This document shows, in pieces, positions 1-30,093 of a stretch of DNA of 64,000 nucleotides; position 1 is the first letter of the stretch; the number at the start of each line of letters is the position of its first letter. The translations under genes were made by a program, and so were the position numbers. A model generated the notes under the pieces. The model ran no database searches, was not told the origin of the DNA, and saw only the letters and a program-made list of their open reading frames with translations. Origin of the DNA: Sphaerodactylus townsendi (Eukaryota); the NCBI RefSeq assembly GCF_021028975.2, contig NC_059425.1, forward strand, positions 28,458,001-28,522,000, given 5' to 3'.

Positions 1-470
1 CAACTTATGAGGCAAAGAGTATATACAATCAATCCAGCTTTCTCAGTCAAAATCATACAGTCAGTATTGGTGAAACAAAAAAGAAAGTACAATGAGGTAA
101 GCTAGACCCCTAAAAGGTGCAAATAGTCAAACTAGCTCCTTCAGTCACTTTCTATATAACTAATAGTCAGTATATGATTATAAGTAGTCAGAATGAGACA
201 ACCGGTATAAACAATCTGGTTTCGCAGGGAACCACCAAGCCCCTTCTTCAGCTTTTAGACATGTACTCATTATTCTGTTGCTTCCTCAGTCTTTAGGAAA
301 TCAGGCAAGCCAAATGTATCTTTGTCTTTCTTTAAAACTAGCACACCTTAAGGCTCACCTCATTGTACTTTCTTTTTGCCTGTTTCACCAATATTGACTG
401 TATGATTTTGACTGAGAAAGCTGGATTGATTGTATATTCCCTTGTGGTGCTAACTTACCTCGTAAGTTCT
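1..470. repeat. ~100-bp inverted repeat (1-98 vs 357-468), probably a Penelope-type insertion
   Basis: Direct reverse-complement match between the two arms, with a hammerhead-like motif between them (~200-255, minus strand). Confidence 0.7.
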
Positions 471-529
471 TATAGGAGCTTTTATTCTTTGCTTGTAATA
501 TTGTGTTCAGTCTGTATTGTGGGACCGAT

Positions 530-745
530 TTATGGAGAAGTCGATCTGTGGCTTCCAATCTTGATCCTCCTTGATCTGAGATTGCAAATGCCTTAGCAGA
601 CCAGGTGCTCAGGAGCAGCAGCAGAAGGCCATTGCTTTCACATCCTGCATGTGAGCTCCCAAAGGTATCTGGTGGGCTGCTATGAGTCGCAGAGTGCTGG
701 ACTAGATGGACTCTGGTCTGATCCAGCAGGCTCTTTCTTATGTTC
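530..745 (+). mobile_element. CR1 3'-end fragment
   Basis: Closely matches 11680-11900 and ends in ttcttatgttc. Confidence 0.9.
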
Positions 746-2587
746 CCCAAACCCTCAAAAACACACACCAGATAAGGATTGAGCTTTAAGGATAACTCCC
801 ACAAAAAACAGAGCTCACCTTTTCCTCACTGTCTTTTCCCCTGGTGTCAGAGAGTAGCCTGTGGTTTTGTTTCAGTATAGCTGCACTGCGTTCATGTCCA
901 GTGAGTTTAGAACTATTTTTGTTGATGTTGTTTCCTTGTTACACTAAACTCACCTTTTGTATCTTCAGGGGTATGTCACATCTAACCACGATATACCTCC
1001 AAAGGTGTTAGCCATAGATGTGGACAAAACGTCAGGAGCAAAAACTGCCTAACCGCAGCCACACAGCCTGAAAAACCCATAACAGCCAATACAGAGACCA
1101 TTCACAGTAGCAGTCGTTCTCAATATCATAGATTTTTTCATTTTGTGAAACTGAATTGCTACATTTCTCAGATAGTTTGGGTATTGCAAAATATGCTTGT
1201 TTGTTTGTTTGTTTATTATATTGGATTTCGTAGACCGCCTCATCCCCAAAGGCGGTTTCTGTTTAGATCAGTTCTGCATTTGCTTCTTTGCTAGCGAGCT
1301 GAACCAGGAGAACTCTTCCTTCGTTTGTGTCATTTTGGACTTTAAGACAGTGGCCCTTGGCCCTTTCTTGATTAAATGTCAGGACAGCTCCCAACACTCC
1401 TGTGTTAATAAGTGCTATCTGTGCAACAAAGTGAACATAAAAAGAGGGCAGAATAACAAAAATTTAAATCTTATGGTTTGATTTTTCATTTGGCTTGGAA
1501 TGTGAATGGTTTGCCAGATACAAGTTTTGGTAAGGGGTTTTCCTTACTTTTCTTGGCTTGGCTTTCTTGGGCAGCGCCTCCTCAACGAATCATACTAATC
1601 TACATTTCCAATGCACGTGGGATCCTCAGTTAAACCAATGTACATGATGAGAGAGTTGTGGGTCCGTTTCTCACTGATAAAGTTGGGTTCATCACAAGCA
1701 GATTCTGTTGGGTAACGAATACACTAAGTTAAAATCGGAGTTGCAACAGAAGAGCAGATCCAGCATAACCAGCTACTGAACAAAGCATGACTGCAGATTC
1801 ATGTAGACACATTCAGATATTTTGCCCAAGGGAGAGACTTATGCTGTGCTCTCTGGCAGGGAAAGAGAGATCTGTAGGAGCCCTCTGTGCTTTGCATGTG
1901 GTCCACATGGGATGGCTGGAGTATATGCCTGCCTGCCTGCAGACATGTTCTGTTGGCAGCTGCTGTTTCAAATGCGCCCTGCTGATCATGCTGAGCTGCC
2001 ACTTTCAGAGCATCTAAATTGGCCTGCTCTCTTTCCTTCTGCTCCTTGCCACTGGCTTTATTCTGTGGATTGCTCCCTGTCCCTTCCCTATGCATGGCTC
2101 TCTTTGCAAGGGCTTTGGAAGTGCCTGCAGATCCATGGCTTTCCAGATTTTGCTCTGCCCTTTCCCCCCCCCCCCCTCACCTCACACCCATAAACCTTTC
2201 TCTCTACCAGTGCCCTAGACTAAGCTGGCCTGAGGAGAGTTCCTTTGGCATGTGTGGTGTGCTTGCATGCTTTTCTGGTTGTTGCGTGGAAGCAAGTTCC
2301 TTTTCTATGGCCCCATGGCCAGATACACACTTACATCCTCTGTGCTCTTGCAAGAATCCTTGGGTTGCCCCCCTTTCTATGACAGGTTCTTATACTGTTG
2401 TCCTTAGACACCAGCAGACATTTAATTTGGTGGTACAATCTTCATGAGAAGGACTTGTAGCAACCGTCTGATCTTTTCTTTCTTTTGTTTACTTTCAGAT
2501 CTCTTCTAAGCTATTTTAAGCCATTTTAAACTATTCCACCTGAGTGGCAGAGGCTTATCAGATGTGTTTCTGCACTTCTACATTCCT

Positions 2588-2722
2588 GCTGGGTGATCTT
2601 GGGCTAGTTACATTTCTTCAGAACTCTCTCAGCCCCACCTACCTCACAAGGTGTTTTTTGCGGGGAGAGGAAGGGAAAGGAACTTGTAAGCCACCTTGAG
2701 TCTCCTTACAGGAGAGAAAGGT
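2588..2722 (+). mobile_element. 3' half of the same SINE family, running into the assembly gap
   Basis: Matches 61308-61440. Confidence 0.75.
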
Positions 2723-2853
2723 NNNNNNNNNNNNNNNNNNNNNNNNNNNNNNNNNNNNNNNNNNNNNNNNNNNNNNNNNNNNNNNNNNNNNNNNNNNNNN
2801 NNNNNNNNNNNNNNNNNNNNNNNNNNNNNNNNNNNNNNNNNNNNNNNNNNNNN
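2723..2853. other. Assembly gap (131 N)
   Basis: Run of N. Confidence 1.
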
Positions 2854-3519
2854 TCCCCCCCCCCATGTAGCTGGAGCACAGATTTGGCAACTGTCTGCAG
2901 GCGGGGTCCCCCCCAGAGGGGAGTGGTCAACAGCTGAGAATGTCTCCCTGCTGGCTAATTTATACACATGCACACACACTCTAGTTTCCTTTTTGCTGGG
3001 TACCCAAAACTGCTTACAGTATTGTTCTCTCATCTTTCATTTTTGTTACCCTCCCAATGACAACTCGGTAAGGTAGTTTAGGCTGAGTTTTTGTGACTAG
3101 CTCAAGCCTATCTAATCCGCTTCCTTATTCAGAATAGAAATTCAGAACCTGGATCTCCCAAACTCTAGTCTGACATTCTAAGCAGTACACCAGCATCAAG
3201 CATTACACACTGTACCATTGATAGCGTAGTTTATTTAAGGCTGGGATGGAAAATCCTTGTGTTTTCACCCTTTTGGTCATATAGTGTATAACTCCCCCAA
3301 GTGATTTGTGCTACCTAAAAAACATAAAATTCCCTTTAAAAATAAATAAAACACCTTTCAACTGAAAGCCATAAAATAAATACACCTATGAGAAGATATA
3401 TGGGGTGGGTAGAGGGGGGAACAAAAAAAGAGAACATGATTTTGAAATACTGAAGTCAAAAGTAGAACAAATATAGTTTTTTTAAAAGTACAAATGCAGC
3501 AAATGCAGCAACATACAGA

Positions 3520-3660
3520 GGTCCCTTCCGCACCCGCAAAATAATGCGTTTTCAAACCACTTTCCCAACTGTTTGCAAGTGGATTTTGCCATTCCGCACA
3601 GCTTCAAAGAGCACTGAAAGCAGTTTGAAAGTGCATTATTCTGCATGTGCGGAATGAGCC
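3520..3660. mobile_element. PIF/Harbinger-like MITE
   Basis: Imperfect ~38-bp TIRs (ggtcccttccgcacccgcaaaataatgcgttttcaaac / gtttgaaagtgcattattctgcatgtgcggaatgagcc), GG..CC ends, 3-bp TSD AGA. Confidence 0.7.
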
Positions 3661-5357
3661 AGACATACAAATGTAGCAAGGGACTGGACCACTTTTCAGT
3701 CTGCAACCTGTCATTCCCATCCCAGAGCATTCCAGAGCAGAGATGAGTCTGAGATGAGCTGGGGCTGGTTGGCCTGCTTCTCCTGTCTCCTGGGCAGCTG
3801 GCAGGCCCTTGCCTAGACCTCCCTTTAAACATCCACAGCTCCTTTGATCCAACTGCTTGGTCTCCTCTTGACCTTCCCCTAAGTTCTTCCACTACAGTGA
3901 TAAAGTTATTTCACTACAGTGATCACTAACTACTTGAAATCCAGTCACCATTTCTTCTCCTTTGAAAGATAATGTTTTGGTTATTCTTAACAACGTACAG
4001 GCCTTACTTGTGTGTAGGGAAGGGCTTGTTTTGAGATGCACCGTGTAGCATTTCTTTATGCTGCAATGGAGTAGGCCAGTGTGTTATAGGATAGTTAAAG
4101 CAGGAAGAAGGAGCTAAGTCTCAGCTCTCCCCCCACCTCCCCAGTTAGGTCTCAGATTGGGGTTTCCAGGGCTGTATATGAGATGTAAGCTGGTTTATCA
4201 CATCCTATGGGGATTCATGTTCTGATGCCAGGCAGAGACAACATATTACAGTGATTGAGTGTCAAGCTAGGTCTGAGGAACTCTTGGTTTAAATCCCCTT
4301 CCTGTTACGAAGCTCACTGTGTGACCTTGAACCAAGAATTCTCTCTTGACTCAACCTGTCTCAGAGTGAAATAGTATTCTAAGTTGAGGTCCTTGGAGAA
4401 TGGGCTTTAAAGATCAATAAGTAAGAAGGTTCTAAGTAAATGTAAGGGTTCTTATTTTGATGTGCTACTTTTCCACATGCAGGGGGGTTTTTTTTGGTAT
4501 GGAGAAGCATTCATTAAGTGAGCTGCCCACTTGTCGCCTGAAGTGGACACACATTTACCATATTTTCAGAGCGTCTTTATTGGAAGTGCCATGCGTGGAC
4601 TGCTAACAACACATTCCAGTGTGTGTCTTGGCATGGCTCAGCCGGGGACAAGGTGTTGCCATGCTTGGAAAATTAATCTGGCGGCACCCCATGCTGATCT
4701 CTGTGAGCAGATCTGCTCTTGGGCTGTACCGACTATATTGTTTGGCCTAGTCCCTGTTTCTTTGGCCAGGAAGCCAGGGCAGACCACTGTCAAAGTCCAC
4801 CTTGTCCTGCTGTGGAGACTTTTCCATTTAGGGCTAGATCCAGTAAAGGGCAAGAACTGCTTTGAGCCTGAAAGGGTTATGTTTGGCTGACACCAGCACT
4901 ACTTGGGGCCCAGCCAGTGCTTCTTGGGTCGAAAAGACTTTCCTTCAGCTGGCTCGCAGTCCTTGAGACTTGGAGATTGGCGGCAGCCAAGTGAAGGTCG
5001 GTTTTCTCCTGCGTTCAGACTTTTTGGGAAATATAAGGAGAATGCTCTCTTAAGCAGTCTCTCATATTGTCTCCTTCCTCTCTTTCAGACTAGTTCCTCT
5101 TAATCATGACAGAGAAAAGAGATTCCTGGACGTTGCCAATTCGTTCAGTGCATTTGTGATGGGATGGAGTCCGCATTGGCAGGGGCGAACTGAATGGCTG
5201 AAGCAGGTGCCTCGGTGAAAATTCTGTGTAACCTTCCTGGAGTAATGGGTGCTTCCCCCAAGATCCAGTGATGGATAGGATCCAGTGACCAGCGCAACCC
5301 GATTCCTCAACAGAGGGCACTTTCTCAAGAAGCGGCCCCAGTGGTGTCGTCGCCAAA

Positions 5358-23448
<18,091 letters not shown>

Positions 23449-24528
23449 CCTGGGCAGAGCGAAGAGCCTGGTAGTGAATATCGGCGGGGATTGGTTCTCT
23501 CCTCGGATGGGAGCCCCCCGGGGAGGGGCTGCTTGCACAAGAGGTGCTCCTGGTGCCTCCTGATTTCCATCAAGGCTTATTGTGTGCTGGACGTAAATCT
23601 CCTGTCGTGCCGTGCCAAGTGGCCTTGGGGCCACGTTCACCTGACCTGACTGTGGTACATTCCCTTCCAAAGTTCAGTGCTGCTTCTGGTATTGTATTGT
23701 GAATGTACCTTGGGGAGATGTGTGCACACTGCCCACCCCCCAAATTCCAAAGCACAAAAGGCCACAGCAGGACTCTCCGTGGCTTTGAGGTGCCTCTTCT
23801 TCCACACCCAGCTCTCAGTACGTACATGTCTCCCACTCACTCATCTGGAGGAGGGCGGGCCTTGCCAAAGAAGTTACTTGGTCTTGTGGTGGGGGTCACC
23901 CTGCTGCTGCTGCTGCCGCCAGTTCAGCAACCTTGCAGTGGATCAGCCAATGGGGGCTACAGTTTCATTCCGCTTTTGTCACCTGCAGCAAGTACTGCTG
24001 TGATAGGGTGCAGAATCAAGTGTTCAATAATCCATACGTAGTGTCCTCGGATTGCCTGGTTCAGTTCCAAACTCCTCAGGGAGGAGGGTGGGTTGCGCTC
24101 TGGGAAACATTCCTGCTTCCTGAGTGGCTCTTGTCACCTAGGGTCAAGCCACAGAAGATGTTCAGCCGTGAGTTGGGTCCAGGTTCTCCTGCGTTCGGTT
24201 CATATGCAGCCTTTCAAGAAGGCAAATTATGCCCCCAGGGATATGTCAGCCTGGAAAATGCCTCTGTCTGGAATACAAGCTGGGTCAGGAGAACCCCAGC
24301 TTGACTCATAGCCAAATCTCATGCAGTTTGGTCCATCTAAAGGTAATTCCTGTTTTCCCCCCTATTGTATTGTCTTGGCAGGGACAGGGTTGAGAGTGGG
24401 ACCGAATGCTAGACCTTTCTCCTCATTCTCTGTTTTTGTACCGTGTACTCCCTGTCCATGAAAAGGTGTGAATACTTCCTGGACCATGTTTTTTGTCTCT
24501 CTGATACTCAGCAACAATTTTTGCTGCT

Positions 24529-24534
24529 AATAAA
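24529..24534 (+). terminator. Probable SLC5A6 polyadenylation signal
   Basis: AATAAA ~1.1 kb after the stop codon, followed by a GU/U-rich tract (ttatgtttggttcttttggtttc). Confidence 0.65.
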
Positions 24535-24745
24535 AAAATATTATGTTTGGTTCTTTTGGTTTCAGGTGTATGGGGAGGAGAAAGTGGATTCCTGCCAGGG
24601 ATCATGTCATCTTGACCCTGGCATCATCCTCTTTCCATGGTTGTACCGCTGACAAAGCAATCTTGACCAAAGTCTGGGCTTTTTCGACCCTGACCCCAGC
24701 CTGGTGGGAATCACTATCGAATGAGACCTGGGTCCTGTGGATCTT

Positions 24746-25030
24746 AGAAGAAGGAGAAAAGTTGGATTTATATCCCTACTTTCTTGCCTGTGAGGCGACT
24801 CAAAGGGGCTTACAAACTCCTTTCCCTTCCCCCCTCACAACAAACACCCTGTGAGGTAGGTGGGGTTGATAGAGCTCAGAAGAACTGTGACTAGCTCAAG
24901 GTCACCCAGCTGGCGTGTGTTGGAATGTACAGGCTAATATGAATTCCCCAGATGAGCCTCCACAGCTCAAGCAGTAGAGCGGGGAATCAAACCCAGTTCC
25001 TCCAGATTAGAGTACACCTGCTCTTAACCT
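24746..25030 (-). mobile_element. tRNA-derived SINE (Squam3-like)
   Basis: Same family as 8256-8557. Confidence 0.85.
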
Positions 25031-27314
25031 CTGCCCCTCTTAGCTCAATTCCCCAGGGCCATCAAGACGGGGATATTCTGCCAGGCCTAAGGTTGATGGC
25101 AACCTAGTTGAGCTTTATGTTGATGGACCTAGTTGATGGACCCTAGTTTAAGGTTGATGGACCCTAGTGGAGCTTTATGTCCCCTGCTGCGTCAGTATCA
25201 GTTTTCGAAAATCCTTTCACCTATAGGAAGCGGATTCCCCTTGGATAGGTGATAATAACACAAGAGGGAATTTTGTTGTTAGGGTGCCCTCTTGTACGTA
25301 TTTTTAGGTAGTTATAAATATATATAGAGAGAGGTTTATAAGTTTGTTTTCATAAAGATATATACTACAGCCACTTAAGTTGGAGGAAGGCTTCTTGGGG
25401 TGGATAAAGGTTTCAAATTTTGCTAATTGGAGTGGAAGGAAACAGACCAGTAATTGGTATGATGAAAGAATATGACAAAACAAATAATGTCAGGGCTATT
25501 TTCAGGTTTTGAGGGGCTCTAGGCAGAAAGTGCCCAGAGGCCCCCTCTGCCCACCAACAGTCCCCATTCATAACTTTCCACCTCCCACCTGTGCTCTTCC
25601 ACCTGCATGTTCAACCTTCTGCCATGTGTAAGCCTTCCCACTGCCCATGCTCACTACCTGCCCACGTTTTCCCTCAACCGCATTAGCCAGTGCATGCAGC
25701 TTGGGAGTTCAGCATCTCCACTGCTCAGTGGAGACGCTACACTCCAAGCTGCATGCACTGGCTAATGCATGCATGCCTTTCCCCAATGAAGTGGGGCAGC
25801 TGGGAGTATGGGTAGCAGATCACTTCAAGCAAACAGGTGGGGAAGGGCATGCAGTCAGCTGGCCAAGGAGATACATGGGTGGAGGGTGAACGGCAGTAGG
25901 CCCCAGCAGCTGCCCCACCTCAGGGTATGTTGACCCTGGCCCTGAGGAACGCTTTATGTTTCTTGTTTTCATTCTCAGGCCTATTGGGCTTGAAGTGGGT
26001 AGGACTTGGTTGTCATCTTCCTTCTGTCCCCTCTGCCCTCTGAGCACAAGTTCTGGAAAAGAACAGGATTGCAGAGCCTGATCTCAGAGTTACTTCCCCA
26101 CCTTTTTGGAATCCAGGATTGGTTCCTGATCCTTCTGTACTCCTTAATGGAGCTATGGGGCTAGGATGATGCTGGGTTGGGAGTTGTCTACAAGGGCACC
26201 CCCATAGTCTCCAGCAACAGCTGTTTTATTTATTCATTTATTCATTCCCCTTCTCACAAAGCTGTGCCACACTCCTGTGACCAGGACAGAAACTAAAAAG
26301 GGTTAATGCAACAACTACAGCTGCTCAGCCACGGTTTTGGCCAGGCATGCCAAGGTGCAAGGTTCACTGCTTTAATCGCTTTGGAGAGTCAAGGATGTCG
26401 GTTTACAGTCTTGCTACGTCTAAACTCTAGCAACTTCAAGAAGGGGGTCAGTGCAGCCCTGAATGTTTTTGTGAAGGACTCTGCTGAGAAACTGCAGCCT
26501 ACTGTGTTTCTCCAAAGGCTTCTACAACCTCCCATCACTCCAGCCTGGTAGAGAGTGGAAGCCACAGCGGATTCCCCCACCCACAAGCCCCCTTCCTGCT
26601 TAGCAAACCATTTTGTCCACAACTCACCTCATCCTTTGGACTCCAAATAGCAATGCAAGGAACTTATCCAAAAAACAGTGAAATGGATACAAAAATAGTA
26701 GCAACAGAAGGCAACTCTCTCTGTACCTGAGCTGTGATTCTCAAAACTCATCTGTGTGAGGTGTACTTAGAATACTTCCCAAAAATTGCTCAGACCTTGG
26801 TAAGTTCCCAGGGGAAAGCAGTGCAGATGTGAAGCACGACTCCGTGTGTCCCTTGCTATTCAACCAGGGCACATAAACTGCCTTCCTAAGCAGACTCACA
26901 CACTTCGGAGACCATTGAAATCAATGCAGTTAGAAGAGTATCACTCTGGCATCTGAAATAATTCCATGGCACATTTGTGGCATTCTTTAGAAATCACAGG
27001 GGAACACAGGTCATCTTGGAAATAAGTTCCAGTCCTGGGATGTCCCCTCTCCCAGTGCCTGCAATCTCTTTTGCTTTTGTATGCAAGTGTCCTGTTACCT
27101 TTTTTGGAGGAGGCAGGCTGCCTGTTTCATAGCATCTTCACATTTCCTTTGAACCAAGAGCTGATACTTGAAGCTGCTGGCCTGCAGATTTCCTCCCTCC
27201 TTCCAACCTCCAGCTTCTGGCTTGACCTCGATCTTCACAAAGCCTATCAGGCTATCATTTCCACTACTTGGGTGCTTTCTTAGAACCAAGTGTTAAGTCT
27301 TAGAACCAAGTGTT

Positions 27315-27566
27315 AAGAACATAAGAAAGAGCCTGATGGATCAGACCAGAGTCCATCTAGTCCAGCACTCTGCTACTCGCAGTGGCCCACCAGGTGCCTT
27401 TGGGAGCTCACATGCAGGATGTGAAAGCAATGGCCTTCTGCTGCTGCAGCTGTTGCTCCTGAGCACCTGGTCTGCTAAGGCATTTGCAATCTCAGATCAA
27501 GGAGGATCAAGGTTGGTAGCCATAGATCGACTTCTCCATAAATCTGTCCAAGCCCCTTTTAAAGCT
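27315..27566 (-). mobile_element. CR1 3'-end fragment (inverted)
   Basis: Same family tail as 8795-8994, preceded by a 17-bp direct duplication (tagaaccaagtgttaag). Confidence 0.9.
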
Positions 27567-29364
27567 AAAAAGTTAGATCTAGTCCTTATGAAAGAAAAGT
27601 ACACCATTCACACCCATTTCTGTTGGCATGCACCATTTGCTTTTATACATGGATCACACATGAACACCATGGTCCATCAAGATCAATACTGTCTACTCAG
27701 CCTGGTCACACTTCTCTAGGGCCTCTGATGTCTTTCACATGACATACTCTGGGGACTGAACCTGGGACCTTTTGGGGGCAAAGCAGAGACTTTCCCACTG
27801 TGCCACAGCCCCTCTCCTGGATAGTACAGTTGGCACAAAGGAGAAAAGTCTTGGTTTCAAGACACCTGTGGGCCTGAAGTAGGAAAAGGCATTCTGCAAA
27901 TGCTCAGAAGGTACCTGCTTCCCACTGATCCCTTTATATATTCTATGGTGAAGTATGGACATAGTTCTGGAGCAAAACCTTGTGGAAGTATACAGGTGGG
28001 TCAGGTTTCTCTAAGAATGGATGCAACTGAAGACGCAATCTCAGCTGGTAAAAGATGTTCTGGGTTACTCCTACCATTTAACTAAGGCAAACACACATTC
28101 ACAGACCTATGTATAAGCATCTCTTGTGTTAAACTGCTATCTGGAAATGGTGAAGGGTTGGATGAGGTAAACTGAAGCTTAGACTTAGACGAGCAGATGT
28201 GCTCAGGGTGAGGACCAGTGCTGGCATGGAAATGGGGACTCTCCTCATTTGGGATGGGGCTACACTCCCCTTGAAAGATTGAGTGTAAGCCCAGATTCCA
28301 TACTTCCCCCGCTGGTCTGAGATTCCTCTGTCTCGTGGCCTTCCTGCATCTCCCAGGCAACAACTCTGGACAGCCTTGACCCATGGGTAGCCCAGCTGCT
28401 TAGGAATTTGTTGGCCAAGTTTTCTTGAGAATGTAACAGGTCAAGTAGCCCCTAAAAATAGTCTTGAGATCTGTGGGGAAAGAAAGCTAGCAGTACACAG
28501 GGCTGGGGTGACTCTCCCCCGCCTCCTCTGATGTCTCCCTGCCAGCACCTGAAAGAGGGAGGCAGGAGACTGGCTCATTAATGTGCTCCTTAGTACAGGC
28601 TCCAGTTCAGGCCCAGGATGGATTTATGAGCTCAGCCTTGGCCCCGGCCTCTTTCCCAGAAAACAGTTGCAGCTGCAGTCTTTCCCCTATATTTGTGGGG
28701 GGGGGGGAGTGGCTGGCTGTGGGGAGAGCTGCTGAAACTTCCTACCTGCCGACCCAAGCATCCATCAGTTGCCACAGAAAGAAAGACTTTCTCACCCCAT
28801 GTTACCTTACCCCACAGGTTCAAGTGCTGGGCCGGCCCTAGAACTGCCTAGACTCCCTGGACATTCAGACGTGGAAAATCTACTTCCTTATTCTTTTTAG
28901 GGCACTCTGGGCATGCTCACAGAACCTTGTTAGAGAAGTACTGGGAGGAAAGAGTGCTCTTTGTTTACAATGTTTATGAATCGATCTTCACACAAGAGCA
29001 CCACCCACTGCAAACGGAAAACATATTGTGAATTTCTCTTCTGTGAAGGCAAAACTGCATGTCCCAATATAATTCAAACAGTCAATTTTCAGCTTCAAAA
29101 ATCCATGTTTCCAATGAGAAAGTGAGGAGGAGGGAAATGAGGGAAATAAGCAAAAAATATAGGGGTGGCTGTTACATAAAACGCTACTGTCAGGTATAAC
29201 ATTTGTTGCTATCATCCATTTGGAAAACTGAAAATGCTGTGGAGAGTAATAATGACCATAAGAACATAAGAAGAGCCATGCTTGATCAGACTAAAGGACT
29301 ATCTAGTGCAGCATTTTGTGCACACAGGGGCCAACCAGCTGCCCTCTAGGAAAGCCACAAGCAG

Positions 29365-29657
29365 GAGGAGGAGGAAGAGGGTTTATAACCCCCCTTTCTC
29401 GCCTGTAAGGAGACTCAAAATGGGCTTACAATCTCCTTTCCTTTCCCCCCTCACAACAAACACCCTGCAAGGTAGGCGGGGCTGAGAGAGCTCCAAAGAA
29501 CTGTGACTAGCCCAAGGTCACCCAGCTGGCATGTGTTGACATACACAAGCTAATCTAGTTTACCAGATAAGACTCCACAGCTCAAGTGGCAGAGCCGGGA
29601 ATCAAACCTGGTTGTCCAGCTTGGAGTGCACCTGCTCTTAACCACTACACCACGCCA
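29365..29657 (-). mobile_element. tRNA-derived SINE (Squam3-like)
   Basis: Same family as 8256-8557. Confidence 0.85.
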
Positions 29658-30093
29658 CAGAGCCTTCTTCCCGTGCTCCCCAACAACTGATTTATACAGG
29701 CATACTAGATGCAGGAGGTATCTATCATGGTTAGAAGCCAGTGTGATTAGTAGCCACGGAAGCATCAGTGATCTAACTACTCCCCATTTAATTGGGAAAA
29801 CAAAACTAGGTCTTGTGACTAAGCTATGGAGACAGTAAACCCTGAAGGGCTGTTCAACCCCTCTTCCCCATTAAAGTGGTGGGCAGCTAGAACTTAGGGG
29901 TGGAAACCTGGCACAAAGCAAGCAGGCGAGGTCTCTCTCTCTGAAGCTGGCAAGCAGGTGAGGGGAAGAAGAGGGCAAGGAAAGGCCTGTAGATTTCCTT
30001 GTGTAGCGAGAGTCCTGCCACAGGGTGAAGAGAAACAACAATCACCATCAAAAGCCCCAATGGTGCAGTTTACAGAGGGAGGTACTGTTGGGG

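Noticed and set aside
2470-2560. Possible SLC5A6 non-coding 5' exon after a strong acceptor at ~2498
   Set aside because: No convincing donor found; needs transcript evidence.
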